DNA of 63,730 nt, filler included, from Octopus bimaculoides (taxonomy: Eukaryota): assembly GCF_001194135.2 (NCBI RefSeq). It is 7 parts of 6 records of this genome, joined end to end, with 100 filler letters (N's around TTAATTAATTAA, not from the genome) between each part and the next. Parts side by side here need not be neighbours in the genome. Positions count along the whole stretch, not along the records: positions 1 to 19,349 come from NC_068982.1; 6 more parts are not named here. One strand, written 5' to 3'. Of this stretch, positions 1 through 13,399 are shown piece by piece. The notes under the pieces are model-generated. The model was not told the origin of the DNA. It made no database searches and was given only the letters and a program-made list of their open reading frames with translations. The position numbers and the translations under genes were made by a program. Numbering within the stretch: the stretch's first letter is position 1; every line of letters begins with the position of its first letter.

Positions 1-1040
1 CATGCATTTTGAGTATTGAAAGTGTAGCAGATTCAGAATATTTTCTGAGCACATGCACTTCCAATTCTTTTTCAAAATTTCAGCCGTTTGAAGCAAGATG
101 TTCGGCAAGTTCTGTCGAACTACTGTTATTGTGCCTGACCTCATATCTATGCCCATTAAATCTTTTGTTTAATTGTTCTGTTGTACAACCAACATAAATC
201 AAGTTGTGTTTTGTTCATTATATTGCGTACACTAAATGGGAATATCTACATGTCCCACCTACTGTATAAATCATAACATGTCCTGATGGAATTCATTTGA
301 CTCATGTTGCACACTGACCAGGGCTTACCTCTCTTGCGGCTGTTTTTCAAGGCACAGCGTGCAGATACTCCAATATTAGTTTTCTTGGAGTCAGAAATAG
401 AGGTCAATAGTTCTCTTATATTTTTATTGCGTCTAAAAATATAATAGGCGACTGAGGAAATATTTGTTTGAAACGAGGATATTTTTCCGCTACGTGCTGT
501 TAACTTTCATGCAAAATTTTTGAAATACCAGCGAAATTTCGGTGCCAGTTAATAACTAAAAGTCTTCTGTTATATATTGTATTGTGTTTGCTAAAATTGT
601 GCGTGAAGGTTTCACTTTCTTTGCTAATATTAGCTATCTCACTTGCTATTTCCTTTAATCGTGATTCGCTGTAACCGCGTTTGGCATAATGGTGTACAAA
701 ATCATTTGCATGTTTTCAGTAATTTCCTATGTCAGTACAAATCCGTTTTAACCTCAAAGATTGAGATTTCGGATTTGACCGAATTATATGATGTGGACGA
801 TCGGAGCGAGGTAAATGTGGGATGACGTGGGCTTGTAAAATAACTCTGTCATTATTCGGCTTCCAAAAAACTTAACTTCTGTGTTCAAGAATTGAACGCT
901 AGTTTTTGAAAAACTAGACGTAAATTTTATGCTGGACTTAAAGCGATAGTTTTTACCATAATAGTCACATAAATGCAAGATATCAATTAAACTATTCTGT
1001 GAACCTTCCCAGACAAAAAAAGACGTTATCAATGAACCAG
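1..1040 (-). mobile_element. Degenerate Penelope-like element (RT thumb region + GIY-YIG endonuclease)
   Basis: Minus strand gives FFVWEG...IKFTSSFSKTSVQFLNTEV...TELFYKPTSSHIYL (784-1032) and LVYAI..TKHNLIYVGCTTEQLNKRFNGHRY (about 130-250), with stops. Confidence 0.8.
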
Positions 1041-1275
1041 AGTATTCATGACCATGTAGGGATTTGAATGTCTTCAGTAAATGTGTCTTGAATTTCGTCG
1101 TGAAGACATTAGCGAAAAGTGGAGACTAGAGAGAAGCAAGACGTGGTATGGGCACAGACCGCAGAGAGTGGTGGATTCGGAGAGTAGCAAAATCCTCTGC
1201 CATTATTATTATTATTATTATTATTATTACTTAACTCCTCATAATAAGTTAATATCCTAGTAACAATAATAATAA

Positions 1276-1857
1276 TGCTCTGATGCAGTACCACACAGTG
1301 GCTCCATGACTATATATCTTAACTGGCTGGAAGTGTTATCATGTTCAATAGATGGGCTACAGCAAATATTCTGCTCAATACCAGATTTGCTTGTCACCTG
1401 TTTCACCTTAACCAGTTGAAAATGTCCCTCAGTAGCTGACGACATGTGCATCTCTGGTCACGAGCAGAACTAGTGGGGGAGCATCATAGTCAAGTGTTGA
1501 GAGGAATTCTTTAAGGTCTGGATAATTCACCTCTGGAAACATAGGTGTTTCGTTCAACATCCTTCAACAACCCTTATTCTGGGACCTTTTGAGCGGGATG
1601 GGCTATTCAAGCTGAAGAAAATTCTAACTGAGCCCCACCTGCAGTGTCATCTGCTGTTTACTTTGACATGAGATTACCATGTCGCGCACATATGGTTGTG
1701 TTGCATGTGCCTGGTGTAACCTTATCTGACAGGTAGTCATTTTGGGTATACTGGGCTTCATTTAATTTACTCCAGTATCACTTTGATGGCATGCACTGCT
1801 CTCTCACTCAATAATAATAATAATAATAATAGTAGTAGTAGTAGTAGTAGTTGTAGT

Positions 1858-1936
<79 letters not shown>

Positions 1937-2355
1937 CCAGCCACTGGCTCTCATGGCTCCTTATCTTAACTGATTGGAAGTGTTATCATGTACATTGTTT
2001 TGTCTTGGTATAAAAGATGGGCTACAGAAAATATTCTGCTCAATCCCTCAGATTTGCTTGTCAATTGCTTGGCCTCAACCAGTTTAGCATGTCTCTTAGT
2101 GGCTGACGATATGTGCATCTCTGATCACGAGCTGAAGTAGTTGGGGAGAATCATAGCCATATGTTGAAAGGAAGTCTTTGTGGGTTGGATAATTCACCTC
2201 TAGAAACGTGACTGTTTCGTTCAACATCCTTAAACAACCCTTATTCGGGGACCTTTTGAGTGGGATGTGTTACTCGACCTGAAGAGAATTTTAACTTGGC
2301 CCCACCTGCAAGGTCAGACGTTGTTAATCTTGATATGAGATCACCGTGTCGCCTA
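1276..2355 (+). repeat. Two tandem copies of a ~530-bp (AAT)n-tailed interspersed repeat (LINE 3'UTR / SINE-like)
   Basis: 1276-1830 and 1935-2355 are mutually similar and match 51203-51520; the first copy ends in CACTC(AAT)n and both sit in AAT/AGT microsatellites. Confidence 0.75.
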
Positions 2356-2363
2356 TATATGTA

Positions 2364-2852
2364 TAGGCTTGTCTAAGACATTTTAAGCGATTTTCACTTG
2401 TTGTGTGTGATACATTTAACCTCTCTGCAATACCTCGCTCAGTTTTATGACAATCAGATTCAATTATGGTTTTGAGTCGGTCATCATCAACTTCAGTAGG
2501 TCGACGTTGGTTATCTTTGAGTGAAAACTCTCCAGAATGGAATTTTTAAAACCACTTCTGATATGTGCGATCTGTTAAGCAACCAACACCATAAACTTCA
2601 CAATTCTCTTTGTGAGCCTCAGCTTTCTTGCCTTTAAGGAAACAAAAAAGCAAATTATGTCGAAAATGTTCGTTAAAATTGACACTGTAAACAAAATTAC
2701 GCACAGTTTGCTTCTAAAGTAAGCAAGCTAAAAGAAATGGCTATCAAATGTCAAAAGGAAAAAAATCATTACATTCACAAAAGTGATTTAAAAAAAAGAA
2801 CGTAACTCTATCTATTTGCGAAAAACGAAATTACTTTCTTGCCAACCCAATA
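2364..2852 (-). mobile_element. Mariner 5' fragment (TIR + HTH region of transposase)
   Basis: TIR TTGGGTTGGCAAGAAAGT at the right end; minus frames give EHFRH..CEVYGVGCLTDRTYQKWF..SGEFSLKD..RPTEVDDD. Confidence 0.85.
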
Positions 2853-4551
2853 CATGTATACACACATATATATATGCATGTATATGCATACACATGTATA
2901 CACACATATATATGCATACTTATGTACGAATGTGCTTGCATATATATATATATACACACACACAGATATACACATATATGTATGTGTATGTATATGTCTA
3001 TGTATGCATGCATACATGCATAGGCGCACAGCTTCGTATGCAAGACAATTTATACAAACTGTGTTGTCTGTTCACCAGATACATGATATTCGACTTTTCA
3101 TAAATTGATTGTGGGACACAAAATCTAGTGAGAGAAATATGTGTGTGCGTGCGTGCGCGCGCGCGCGCGCGTGTGTGCTGTGTGATTTTGCAAGATTCAA
3201 AAAGTCAGTCGTTTGTGTCAGCGAATTGTTGTGCAGTAGGAAATTGGTGTCTCTCAAGTGTCTCTTCGTACAATAGAGTTGACGGCTTCACTGGTGAAGA
3301 GAGATTGACGTCAGAATTAAGGATGAGGGGATGGGAAGGGTTGTGCACTATGTATGAATTATAGGGGGTGAATGGTTCTGGAAGAAGAAAGGGGTTAAAG
3401 AGAATACTGCGAGTGAGAGTGTTACAGACAGACAGACTGAATAAGATAGGGAGAAAGCGGGAGAATGAAAGTGATAGAGATAAACAGAGTAAATAAGATA
3501 CAGAGTAAATGAGAGAGAGAGAAAGGAGGGAGGGAGAGAGGGAGAAAGAGGTCGGACAGTCAAAAAGAGGCAGAAGTAGATTTGACGACCTGGCTTCTTA
3601 AAAGGCGTCATAGATTTAGTTTGTTGGAACGTACCTCGATCACTAGATAGCGGTAAAGAAAGAAGGAAAAAAAGAAGGAAAGAAAGAAATATAGGTAGGT
3701 AGGTAGGTAGGTAGGTAGGTAGGTAGGTAGGTCGGTAGGTAGGTAGGTGGGTGGGTGGGTGGATGGATGGATGGATGGATGGATGGATGGATTAGAGGTG
3801 GATGGATTAGAGGTGGATGGATTAGAGGTGGATGGATTAGAGGTGGATGGATNNNNNNNNNNNNNNNNNNNNNNNNNNNNNNNNNNNNNNNNNNNNNNNN
3901 NNNNNNNNNNNNNNNNNNNNNNNNNNNNNNNNNNNNNNNNNNNNNNNNNNNNNNNNNNNNNNNNNNNNNNNNNNNNNNNNNNNNNNNNNNNNNNNNNNNN
4001 NNNNNNNNNNNNNNNNNNNNNNNNNNNNNNNNNNNNNNNNNNNNNNNNNNNNNNNNNNNNNNNNNNNNNNNNNNNNNNNNNNNNNNNNNNNNNNNNNNNN
4101 NNNNNNNNNNNNNNNNNNNNNNNNNNNNNNNNNNNNNNNNNNNNNNNNNNNNNNNNNNNNNNNNNNNNNNNNNNNNNNNNNNNNNNNNNNNNNNNNNNNN
4201 NNNNNNNNNNNNNNNNNNNNNNNNNNNNNNNNNNNNNNNNNNNNNNNNNNNNNNNNNNNNNNNNNNNNNNNNNNNNNNNNNNNNNNNNNNNNNNNNNNNN
4301 NNNNNNNNNNNNNNNNNNNNNNNNNNNNNNNNNNNNNNNNNNNNNNNNNNNNNNNNNNNNNNNNNNNNNNNNNNNNNNNNNNNNNNNNNNNNNNNNNNNN
4401 NNNNNNNNNNNNNNNNNNNNNNNNNNNATATATATAATGCACAGAGACATATTGGTTAGGTGAATGTAAAAATGGGTATATATTAGGTAGATAGATTGAT
4501 GCGCAACAATTTAGTGGAAATAGATAGGGAGAGAAACAGAGAGAGAGAGAG

Positions 4552-4602
<51 letters not shown>

Positions 4603-5491
4603 ATGAGCAAAAGGGAAGGTCTATAAAGAGATATAAAAAAAACAATAATAGAAGCAAAGCTAGAAAGTCGCGCGTGCACGTGTGTGTATGAGTGTGCAAG
4701 AGAGAGAGAGCAAGAGAGTGATAGTGAGAGATAAAGAGAAATTGTGAGAAATGTACTGTTGAAGAAATTTCAAACATGGTGTTTGTTGGCAATGAAATAT
4801 GGCGGTCTTAGTTTTGATGTTGACTCAGAGCCAACATGGAGTCGACAAAAGAACCCGCCAAAATGTGATAAGAGGTTCTGAAGAGACCCACGGCATTTAT
4901 ATGAGTGGAATGCTTTGAAGAAGCTCCTTAAGGAACGTAGCATACAGTATTGCGGTAGCTGTCATATTGAAGTGTAGATTGGCTGACGGTCAAGGGGGAG
5001 TAGGGAAAGGAAGAGAACACAGAAGAGAGGGATGTGTATGTACATGAATATGTGTGTGTATACATGCACAAGTAAAATCACACACATTGGGTAACGATGC
5101 TGGGAAGTACTCAATACAAACGTAGAATGCAGTAGTTTATTTAAGCTGATTCAGTGGCCTGATATTTTGGAGTTTCCACTGCGTGCTGGCGCTTTTTTTG
5201 ACAAGTCAGTCTTGTGTATCTGTGTGTGTGTGTGTGTGTGTGTGTGTGNNNNNNNNNNNNNNNNNNNNNNNNNNNNNNNNNNNNNNNNNNNNNNNNNNNN
5301 NNNNNNNNNNNNNNNNNNNNNNNNNNNNNNNNNNNNNNNNNNNNNNNNGGGCCAATTCCTACCTTGAAAACACAATAAAAAGAAAGTTAGGTGCTTCATA
5401 CACCTTATATACAAAAAATTCCAACAAAATGTGGGCAATTAAAGGTCAAAAAGAGGTTTACCTCTGCAGCCGATGTGACAGCACGTCCGTC

Positions 5492-5550
<59 letters not shown>

Positions 5551-5865
5551 CAGACAGACACACACACAGATACACACACAGATAGATTGATTGAATGGTT
5601 GATTGATTGTTTGATTGATTGAATGATTGACTTATTGATTTATTGACTGATTGATTACTATAGATATATATTAATGCTTGTTTTTATGTTGTAATAATAA
5701 AGAATTTTATATTATACTTTTGATTGAGTACAAATTTATTATTCTTTAACAGGAAAAGTATTGCACTGGCTTAGAAGCTTCAGCTAGCTAAGCCATCATT
5801 GGATTGTATAGCGATGGGTTAGTTATCGAAACTTCGATTACTTTATTCTTGTTAAAGAATTATAT

Positions 5866-6134
5866 ATTGGGTTGGCAACTAAGTTCCCGCCGTCTTTTTA
5901 AATTTAAATTTTTTAAAAGGTTTAATAAAAAATAACAACTAGTTAATCAGTAATGTATTCACCCTTGTTGTTTACAACTTCTTTCCAACGTCCAACAAGA
6001 TTTTCAATACCTCGTTGGTAGAAATCACCCGATTTCGACTCGAAAAATTCATCCAACCAAGCTCTCAATTCTGCATCAGTATTGAACGAAACTCCACGCA
6101 TAGCATTTGAAAGAGATCGAAAGAGGTGGAAATC
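5866..6134 (-). mobile_element. Mariner 3' fragment (catalytic C-terminus + TIR)
   Basis: DFHLFRSLSNAMRGVSFNTDAELRAWLDEFFESKSGDFYQRGIENLVGRWKEVVNNKGEYITD* (stop 5945-5943) followed by TIR TTGGGTTGGCAACTAAGT. Confidence 0.9.
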
Positions 6135-6909
6135 CTAAGACAACGACGTATGTAGGTGAAAAAGCACGGAGCATAGGGGAGCGGGCAAATGGACATTGGA
6201 GGGAACTTAAGGAAGGGAAGAGCTCATCAGTTCTGTACCAACACGCTGAGCAAGAACACGGAGGCTCACTCAACGACATAGAAATTAAAATCTTATCCAC
6301 ATATAGCAGAGACGCAGCAATTAGACAAATTACAGAAGCTACACACATAATAGAAGATAAACCTAGCCTGAATAGGAAACTGGAATGGAACGCTAACTAT
6401 AAATTCCCCATAAACCAATAACAATATGAACAAAATATAATACAATACAATACATAGATAGACAAATGGAATTAAATACTACATACGTTAACAAAATTAA
6501 ATTAAATATAAAAAAAGTAGGTATAAACATATGAACAAGTAAATAAATAAAAAAAGATAAACGAACATGTATTAACAGAGGATATAGATAATACAGGCAC
6601 TCCCCATACACACACATGCACTTACAAAACATAGACACACATTGAGGGATACGCATGCGTAGACACATACAATAGGAATACAAAATACAAAATGGCTGAT
6701 AGTTAGCAAGGTGGGACACACATAAGAAAGAAGATAGCAAAGGACCACTGATGAGGTCCCAGAAGTCTGACGAAAGAACTCTGGCCGAAATAGGATTAAT
6801 GTAATATAATGTAATATAAAGCTGAAGCAAATTGACACCAAATATACAGTGCGTGTGTTTTTATTGGCTAAACTGGCAATATGACCATCCCCAAGTACAA
6901 CAACATATA
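6135..6909 (+). mobile_element. Penelope-like element 3' end (GIY-YIG C-terminus + 3'UTR)
   Basis: TYVGEKARSIGERANGH..VLYQHAEQEH..IKIL..RQITEATHIIEDKPSLNRKLEWN, then an A-rich UTR containing a hammerhead motif. Confidence 0.8.
6742..6786 (+). ncRNA. Minimal type I hammerhead ribozyme motif (PLE-associated)
   Basis: ggacca-CTGATGA(6748-54)-g-gtcc cag aagt ctg ac-GAAA(6772-75)-g aa c-TC-tggcc; stems I and II pair with bulges, stem III 2 bp. Confidence 0.55.
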
Positions 6910-7751
6910 NNNNNNNNNNNNNNNNNNNNNNNNNNNNNNNNNNNNNNNNNNNNNNNNNNNNNNNNNNNNNNNNNNNNNNNNNNNNNNNNNNNNNNNNNNN
7001 NNNNNNNNNNNNNNNNNNNNNNNNNNNNNNNNNNNNNNNNNNNNNNNNNNNNNNNNNNGAGGAGGAGGAGGAGGAGGAGGAGGAGGTAGTGGTGGTGGTG
7101 TTGAGTACCAGGAAATAAAGAAATACGGAATGACTTCTTGAAGAGTAGAGATGAAAATCTGGAATATATGTGTGTAGAGAGCAGGGAGAGAGAATTGGGA
7201 TGAGTTGTGACGATATAAAGGGAAAAGTAGATGAAGGAGACCTAGAGGACAAAGTTAATGAAATGGTATAATAAAAGGTAAGAGGGGAGGAATAGAAACA
7301 GTAAAACGGGGGCGAAGACGAGGTGGGAGTGAAATAAAGTTTATTATGTAGGGTTAATATTAGCAGTCAGTGTAACAGGTAGCTACATAGTTGTTTCCCC
7401 AAACTGTTTTTTTATGTTAAATTCTGCCTTCGGTTTTCATATTTTTGGGGGTGAATAAAAGAAATACTAGTGATATAGCAGTATTAATTTACTTTACTGT
7501 GTCTAACTAGAAAATAATTTAGCCTTGTACCTATGTCAGAAATTGTTGTTATTATTATTATCATTTTTTACTTTTAATCTGCATGTTTGTTACAGTCACT
7601 TGCTGAGACACACCCAGCATCCTGGGGCGAGTGAAGGATAAGAAATGTTACAGTATGACAAAAATCTTGGGGAGGGGAAGTAGCGAAATATCTTCATGCA
7701 ATACAACACAGACATTGAAATGGATAGGGTTTTTCTAAGGATATTTTTCTA

Positions 7752-7949
7752 ACGTTATTTACATTTGACGAATATTTGTCCTCATCTTGTTTGTTGTTAA
7801 CACAACGTTTCGGCTGATATACCCTCCAACCTTCATCAGGTGTCTTGGGGAAATTTCGAACTTAGAGAAGGCTGGAGGATATATCAGCCGAAATGTTATG
7901 TTAACAACAAACAAGATGAGGACAAAGATCCGTCAAATGTGAATAATGT
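7752..7949. mobile_element. Palindromic PLE-terminus element (tail-to-tail inverted arms of ~83 bp)
   Basis: 7752-7834 is the reverse complement of 7867-7949 with few mismatches. Confidence 0.85.
7799..7844 (-). ncRNA. Minimal type I hammerhead ribozyme with palindromic ACGT stem III
   Basis: Minus strand: GACAC-CTGATGA-A-GGTTG-gagggtatat-CAGCC-GAAA-CGT-T-GTGTT; all core nucleotides present, GUU cleavage triplet. Confidence 0.7.
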
Positions 7950-7974
7950 AAATAATGTAAATCATGTATATAAT

Positions 7975-9240
7975 TCCTCATCTCTTAAATGTAGAATTGC
8001 ATGTTTTTCTAAGGATTGTCAGTACAATCTTTTGGATTTCTCTGAGACATGGTTCTACTTGGATCTTAACTAGATGTTTCTGACATCCCTTTTTTATGAT
8101 ACCTAGGGCACCTACAATAACAGGAACAGTTCTCGTTTTAAGATGCCACATCGTTTGTATTTCAATTTCCAGGTCCTTATATTTACATGTTTGTCAAATT
8201 CTTTGACAGATATATTTTTATCAGTGGGAACACTTACATCTATCAGTCTACAAGTATTTTCTTCCGTGTTTTTAATAACAATGTCTGGTCGATTAACCTG
8301 GATCGTTCTGTCAGTGTTCACAGGAAAATCCCAGAGGATAGTGACAATTTTACCTTCAACGGCTGGGTCAGGATTATGTTCATACCAGTAAGTAGGATTG
8401 CTGATTTTGTAGTGTTTACATATTTTCCAATGTAAATACTGACCTACCCTATCGTGGCGATTTCTGTATTCGTGTGGTATCAGCACAGGACATCCCAAGA
8501 CGAGATGGTCTATTGTTTCGTCAAATGTGTCGCAGAATCTGCATTTAGGATCAGAACCGGTTTGAAGAACGTTAACCTGATAGTTTTTTCTTTTTTAAAC
8601 CATGATGCATTCAGGTTGAAATCCCTCTTTTCGTTCCAAATTTTTGACCAGAATGATTGTAGATCTTGGGAGGGAGCTTTCTTAATGGTAATGTTTTCCT
8701 TCCTCATCTTTCTGTATAATGCTTGTGGGCTGGAAGCAAACTTGCGATTGATCCTGGCTCGTTCAAAAATTTGCATGCGATAGCGGAGTTTCTCTCTCGT
8801 CGTCTTGAGTTCATGTTTTAAAATGATTAGCTTTCTCTCAAAAGCTCGATGTGAAGTGTTGCCATAAAGTTTCGTTAATTTTTGTCAAATTTGTCTAATT
8901 TTTGTTGGTGAAGTGTAAACTCATTTTTCTTCTTATATTTTATTGTTTTGGTCAACCATCCAATATGACGACGCACGTTGTTGATCTTTTCATCGAGTCT
9001 TGTTTTCCATCTAGGTTGTTTCCATTTAGTAAGTTCGTTACTTTGTTCACTGTAGATTTCTCCTAGGTCTTCTTTAAAAGTAATATCGGTTGTATATATA
9101 AGAGTATTAATATTCCAGTAATTAACATCACATGACACCATGTGCTCTCCAGCAACATCGTTGATAACCTTAAAAATTAGATAGGTCGGATTTTTTCTCA
9201 CTCTTCTTGGGAATGGTCTGTTGCTCAAAGAAAGCTTCGA
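7975..9240 (-). mobile_element. R4/Dong-clade non-LTR retrotransposon relic, RT deleted
   Basis: N-terminal region (WKTRLDEKINNVRRHIG; ERARINRKFASSPQALYR) joined near 8575 to CCHC + RLE endonuclease (CRFCDTFDETIDHLVLGCPVL..RHDRVGQYLHW..NRPDIVI..LIDVSVP..PVIVGALG). Confidence 0.88.
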
Positions 9241-9632
9241 GTAAGTGGGAAAATTTTTTGCGAACTGGAATTTTAAACTGTTTTTGAGTTGGATATATTG
9301 AGTTGAATGTATTTAGCTGAGTCAGCTAAATTTGGAGACGCACTCGAATTTAACGATAACGGGAGCGGTAATTTGTTTACATTATTTTTTACGCTGCTTC
9401 TGGCAGATTTTGGGAGAAGCAGCGTTTTCTCCCAAAACGCTGAAAAAAACATTTTCAGTGTTTTGGGAGGATCAAGGACCAGTTGATTTGTTTTTCTACA
9501 AAAGATGCTTGTTTATTTTTTTACAAAAGATGTTTTTACATAAGATACTTGATTTGTTTTCTTACAAAAAATCTTTTTTTTACAAAAGATGCCTTTACAA
9601 AAGGAGCTGTTTCGCCGTGAAGGCATTTAAGT

Positions 9633-9664
<32 letters not shown>

Positions 9665-9774
9665 TGTATGCATGCATGGATGTATGTATGTATATATGTA
9701 TATAAGTACAGCGAGAGAGAGGGGGAGAAAGAGCGAAATAGATAGACAGATAGATAGATAGATAGATAGATACA

Positions 9775-9805
<31 letters not shown>

Positions 9806-10201
9806 CGATTAGATGGTCTTAATGATATACACTAAGATCACTCTATTTACAGAATAGGGGTAATTGATATTTTATCTTCTAATATTAAGGGTAGACGGTA
9901 CAACTTACAACTCTTCAGAGAAGACCTACATACGTATATGTATGCATGCACACACAAAGAGACACACATTCACATTCATATATTTATGTGTGCGAGCGAG
10001 TTGTTTGTATGTTTCAAATACCTACTAGTCAAATACATCTAGACATGTAGATATATCGCACTATCTCTCCACTATCTTTACTTGTTCTTCCAACCCCGCC
10101 TACGTCTTTCCCTCACTTTCACGCTCTCACGCGAACATATACACTGACGCATAGCTAAGTGTGTGTATGTTTGTGTATGTCTCTGTGTGTGTATGGGTAT
10201 A

Positions 10202-10238
<37 letters not shown>

Positions 10239-10814
10239 NNNNNNNNNNNNNNNNNNNNNNNNNNNNNNNNNNNNNNNNNNNNNNNNNNNNNNNNNNNNNN
10301 NNNNNNNNNNNNNNNNNNNNNNNNNNNNNNNNNNNNNNNNNNNNNNNNNNNNNNNNNNNNNNNNNNNNNNNNNNNNNNNNNNNNNNNNNNNNNNNNNNNN
10401 NNNNNNNNNNNNNNNNNNNNNNNNNNNNNNNNNNNNNNNNNNNNNNNNNNNNNNNNNNNNNNNNNNNNNNNNNNNNNNNNNNNNNNNNNNNNNNNNNNNN
10501 NNNNNNNNNNNNNNNNNNNNNNNNNNNNNNNNNNNNNNNNNNNNNNNNNNNNNNNNNNNNNNNNNNNNNNNNNNNNNNNNNNNNNNNNNNNNNNNNNNNN
10601 NNNNNNNNNNNNNNNNNNNNNNNNNNNNNNNNNNNNNNNNNNNNNNNNNNNNNNNNNNNNNNNNNNNNNNNNNNNNNNNNNNNNNNNNNNNNNNNNNNNN
10701 NNNNNNNNNNNNNNNNNNNNNNNNNNNNNNNNNNNNNNNNNNNNNNNNNNNNNNNNNNNNNNNNNNNNNNNNNNNNNNNNNNNNNNNNNNNNNNNNNNNN
10801 NNNNNNNNNNNNNN

Positions 10815-10891
<77 letters not shown>

Positions 10892-11019
10892 TGAAGATGA
10901 AGAGAGAGATTATGGAAGGCCACCAATACTGTTTAGGCAATGAGATTAAAGCAAGTCGAGATTCGGTAAAGTCGTTAGTGGAGTCGGTCCTAACCGGATT
11001 AGGAGCGGCTCTGAAGCTT

Positions 11020-11038
11020 GTTTTGGTCGTCATCGTCA

Positions 11039-11071
<33 letters not shown>

Positions 11072-12181
11072 CTGCGACGGTGGTGTTGGAGGAAGAAGTA
11101 AGGTATTCATTATATTTGTAGAGCACAGTACTGGCCCACCATCTTTTCTATTTTACCTTTATACCACATTCAACATACCAGAATCTTCTAAAACAATCCA
11201 CCACTACCATTACAACAACTGAAACTACCACTACCGCCAATTACCACTCCCACTAGTAACCATATATCATCATCCTCATCATCATCACCATCACTGATGT
11301 GAGCAGTTAATACTACTGATACTGCATGGACACCAACACCGCCACAAACACTACAACAGTAACACTACCGACGCAGTAACCCTACCCCACCGCCACCACT
11401 AGCAGTACACTACCACCACTACCACTATTACTATATGACATCAACGTTGTCGTTATATTTGCTCACCCCACTGCACCCCACTGTAAACAACAATCTATTT
11501 TACAATCAACACATCCTCCAACGACCGATCCATCACCACGAACCGAAACAACACTGGGCATGAACATGATCGGTCAACCTACTAGAAGCAGCAACCAAAT
11601 TTCCCTCATACCACAGCCTACTGTTCAAGAAAATGCCGTTTTCTCATCATGTGGCGCTGGATTACTTGCCCTTAGACACAGCTTGATCATGGATAGAATT
11701 CCATTGACCACAGATTGCCAAAAAAAGCTGCAAAATCTCCTTCAAGTTATATCCTACTGTCTTGACAACAGCGTGATATACTGAATAAATGTACTTCTAG
11801 ATAGACAATGCACAGGATGGTCATAACTACAGTATCTTTGATTATTGATCCTCCATTGGTCTACCAAATTTCCCACAATTCACAGCCAACCGTCTTAGGA
11901 AAGATGGTGGTGGTTCTGGATTCACTACACAGAAAAATATGGGATGGTTACTGTTGGACTAACTTTGTTCATAGGTCTGCTCTATTACGGCTGACTTAAA
12001 ACTAAACAGCTAGAAATAACAGCCAAATTACCTTCAAACTGTCCCTATTGGTTTCAGAAAGAACACATTAGATAACAGTCTATTTCATCTGGATGGTCAT
12101 AGCAAGAACACGGTTCATTATAGATCTGCTCAATTACTGCCGATTTATAACTAAACCTCTATCAGCACATCCTCATCATCG

Positions 12182-12214
<33 letters not shown>

Positions 12215-13030
12215 CTATATCACCACCACCACCACCATCGTCATCAACATCATCATCATCATCATCATCATCATCACCACCATCAATAGCATCATCATCT
12301 CTAACACAAATTTTGCAGTCACCACCACCACCACCAACATCATCTTGACCACCACCACCGCCACCACTACCACACACAAGATAACCACCATCATCACCAC
12401 CCTCACCACCACTCTCACCACCACCAACAACATCACCATCAGTACCACCACCACTACTGCCACCATTAGTACCATCACCAACACCACCAACACCACCACC
12501 ACCACTACAGTATTATTTACTTAAGGAAATGGTTGAAGCCATACATTCACTACGACTATGACGACAATGGATCTCATTTCCGTTCTCTCTTCAGTTCTTT
12601 CCGTCAAATCTCCATCGCAGTAACTCCATTCCTCCCATGATCACCACCTCAACAGATCACCAGACTTCTCACTACCATTACTACTACCATCGTTTCCATC
12701 ACCAGCACCGCCATCACAATTTTCTCCAGCACTATCATTACTACCACAACCAGCGCCACGATCATCACTACTACTACCTTCATCCTCATCCCCAACCACT
12801 ATTACAATTAGCATCATCACCATCACTATTACCATCACCGTCATTACCATCACCACCAACAATAACAAACGCCACCACAATCTTCACAATCACCAATACT
12901 ACTACAACCAATACCACCACTACCACTGCAACCATGAAAATCACTTTAACTACAACCATGAAAATCACTCATTATATCGCAGTAAGAACATATACTCAAT
13001 ATATTGTTTATATATTGTTATACATTATGT
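11020..13030. repeat. Compound (ACC/ATC/ACT)n low-complexity tracts
   Basis: Poly-T/H/I spurious ORFs; no conserved domain. Confidence 0.8.
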
Positions 13031-13399
13031 GATATAAGATATATATAGTTATATGTTGTTATATATTGTTATACTCAAATAATAGCCGATATAAATGTTG
13101 GTTGGTTGTTGGTTGGTTTATTGGCTGGTTGGTTCGTTGATTGGTTCGTTCGTTCGTTCGTCGGTTACTTACTTGATGTCTCCAGTCACTCTTTACATCG
13201 CACATAGCAAGGGAAAGAAAGAGAGAGAGAGAGGTGGGGTAAAGACAGATACTGAGAAAGATGAGAAGTATATGAGTGCACATACTAGGCTTGGTGGCAG
13301 AGAAAGAATCAAAGAGATAGAGGAGGACGGGGAAATGTATGAACACATGCATGCAACTCAGTTTTAAAATCACAATAGTAATCTTAAAGAAGTTTATTT

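Noticed and set aside
3608-4679. Long ORFs spanning N runs (many throughout the ORF track)
   Set aside because: Artefacts of X translation across gaps and of dinucleotide repeats
11440-11800. Possible RT fragment (LQVISYCLDNSVIY)
   Set aside because: Single weak motif, no supporting neighbours
12093-13032. His/Thr-rich or mucin-like ORFs
   Set aside because: Translations of (ACC)/(ATC) microsatellite, open on several frames and both strands, no splice or domain support
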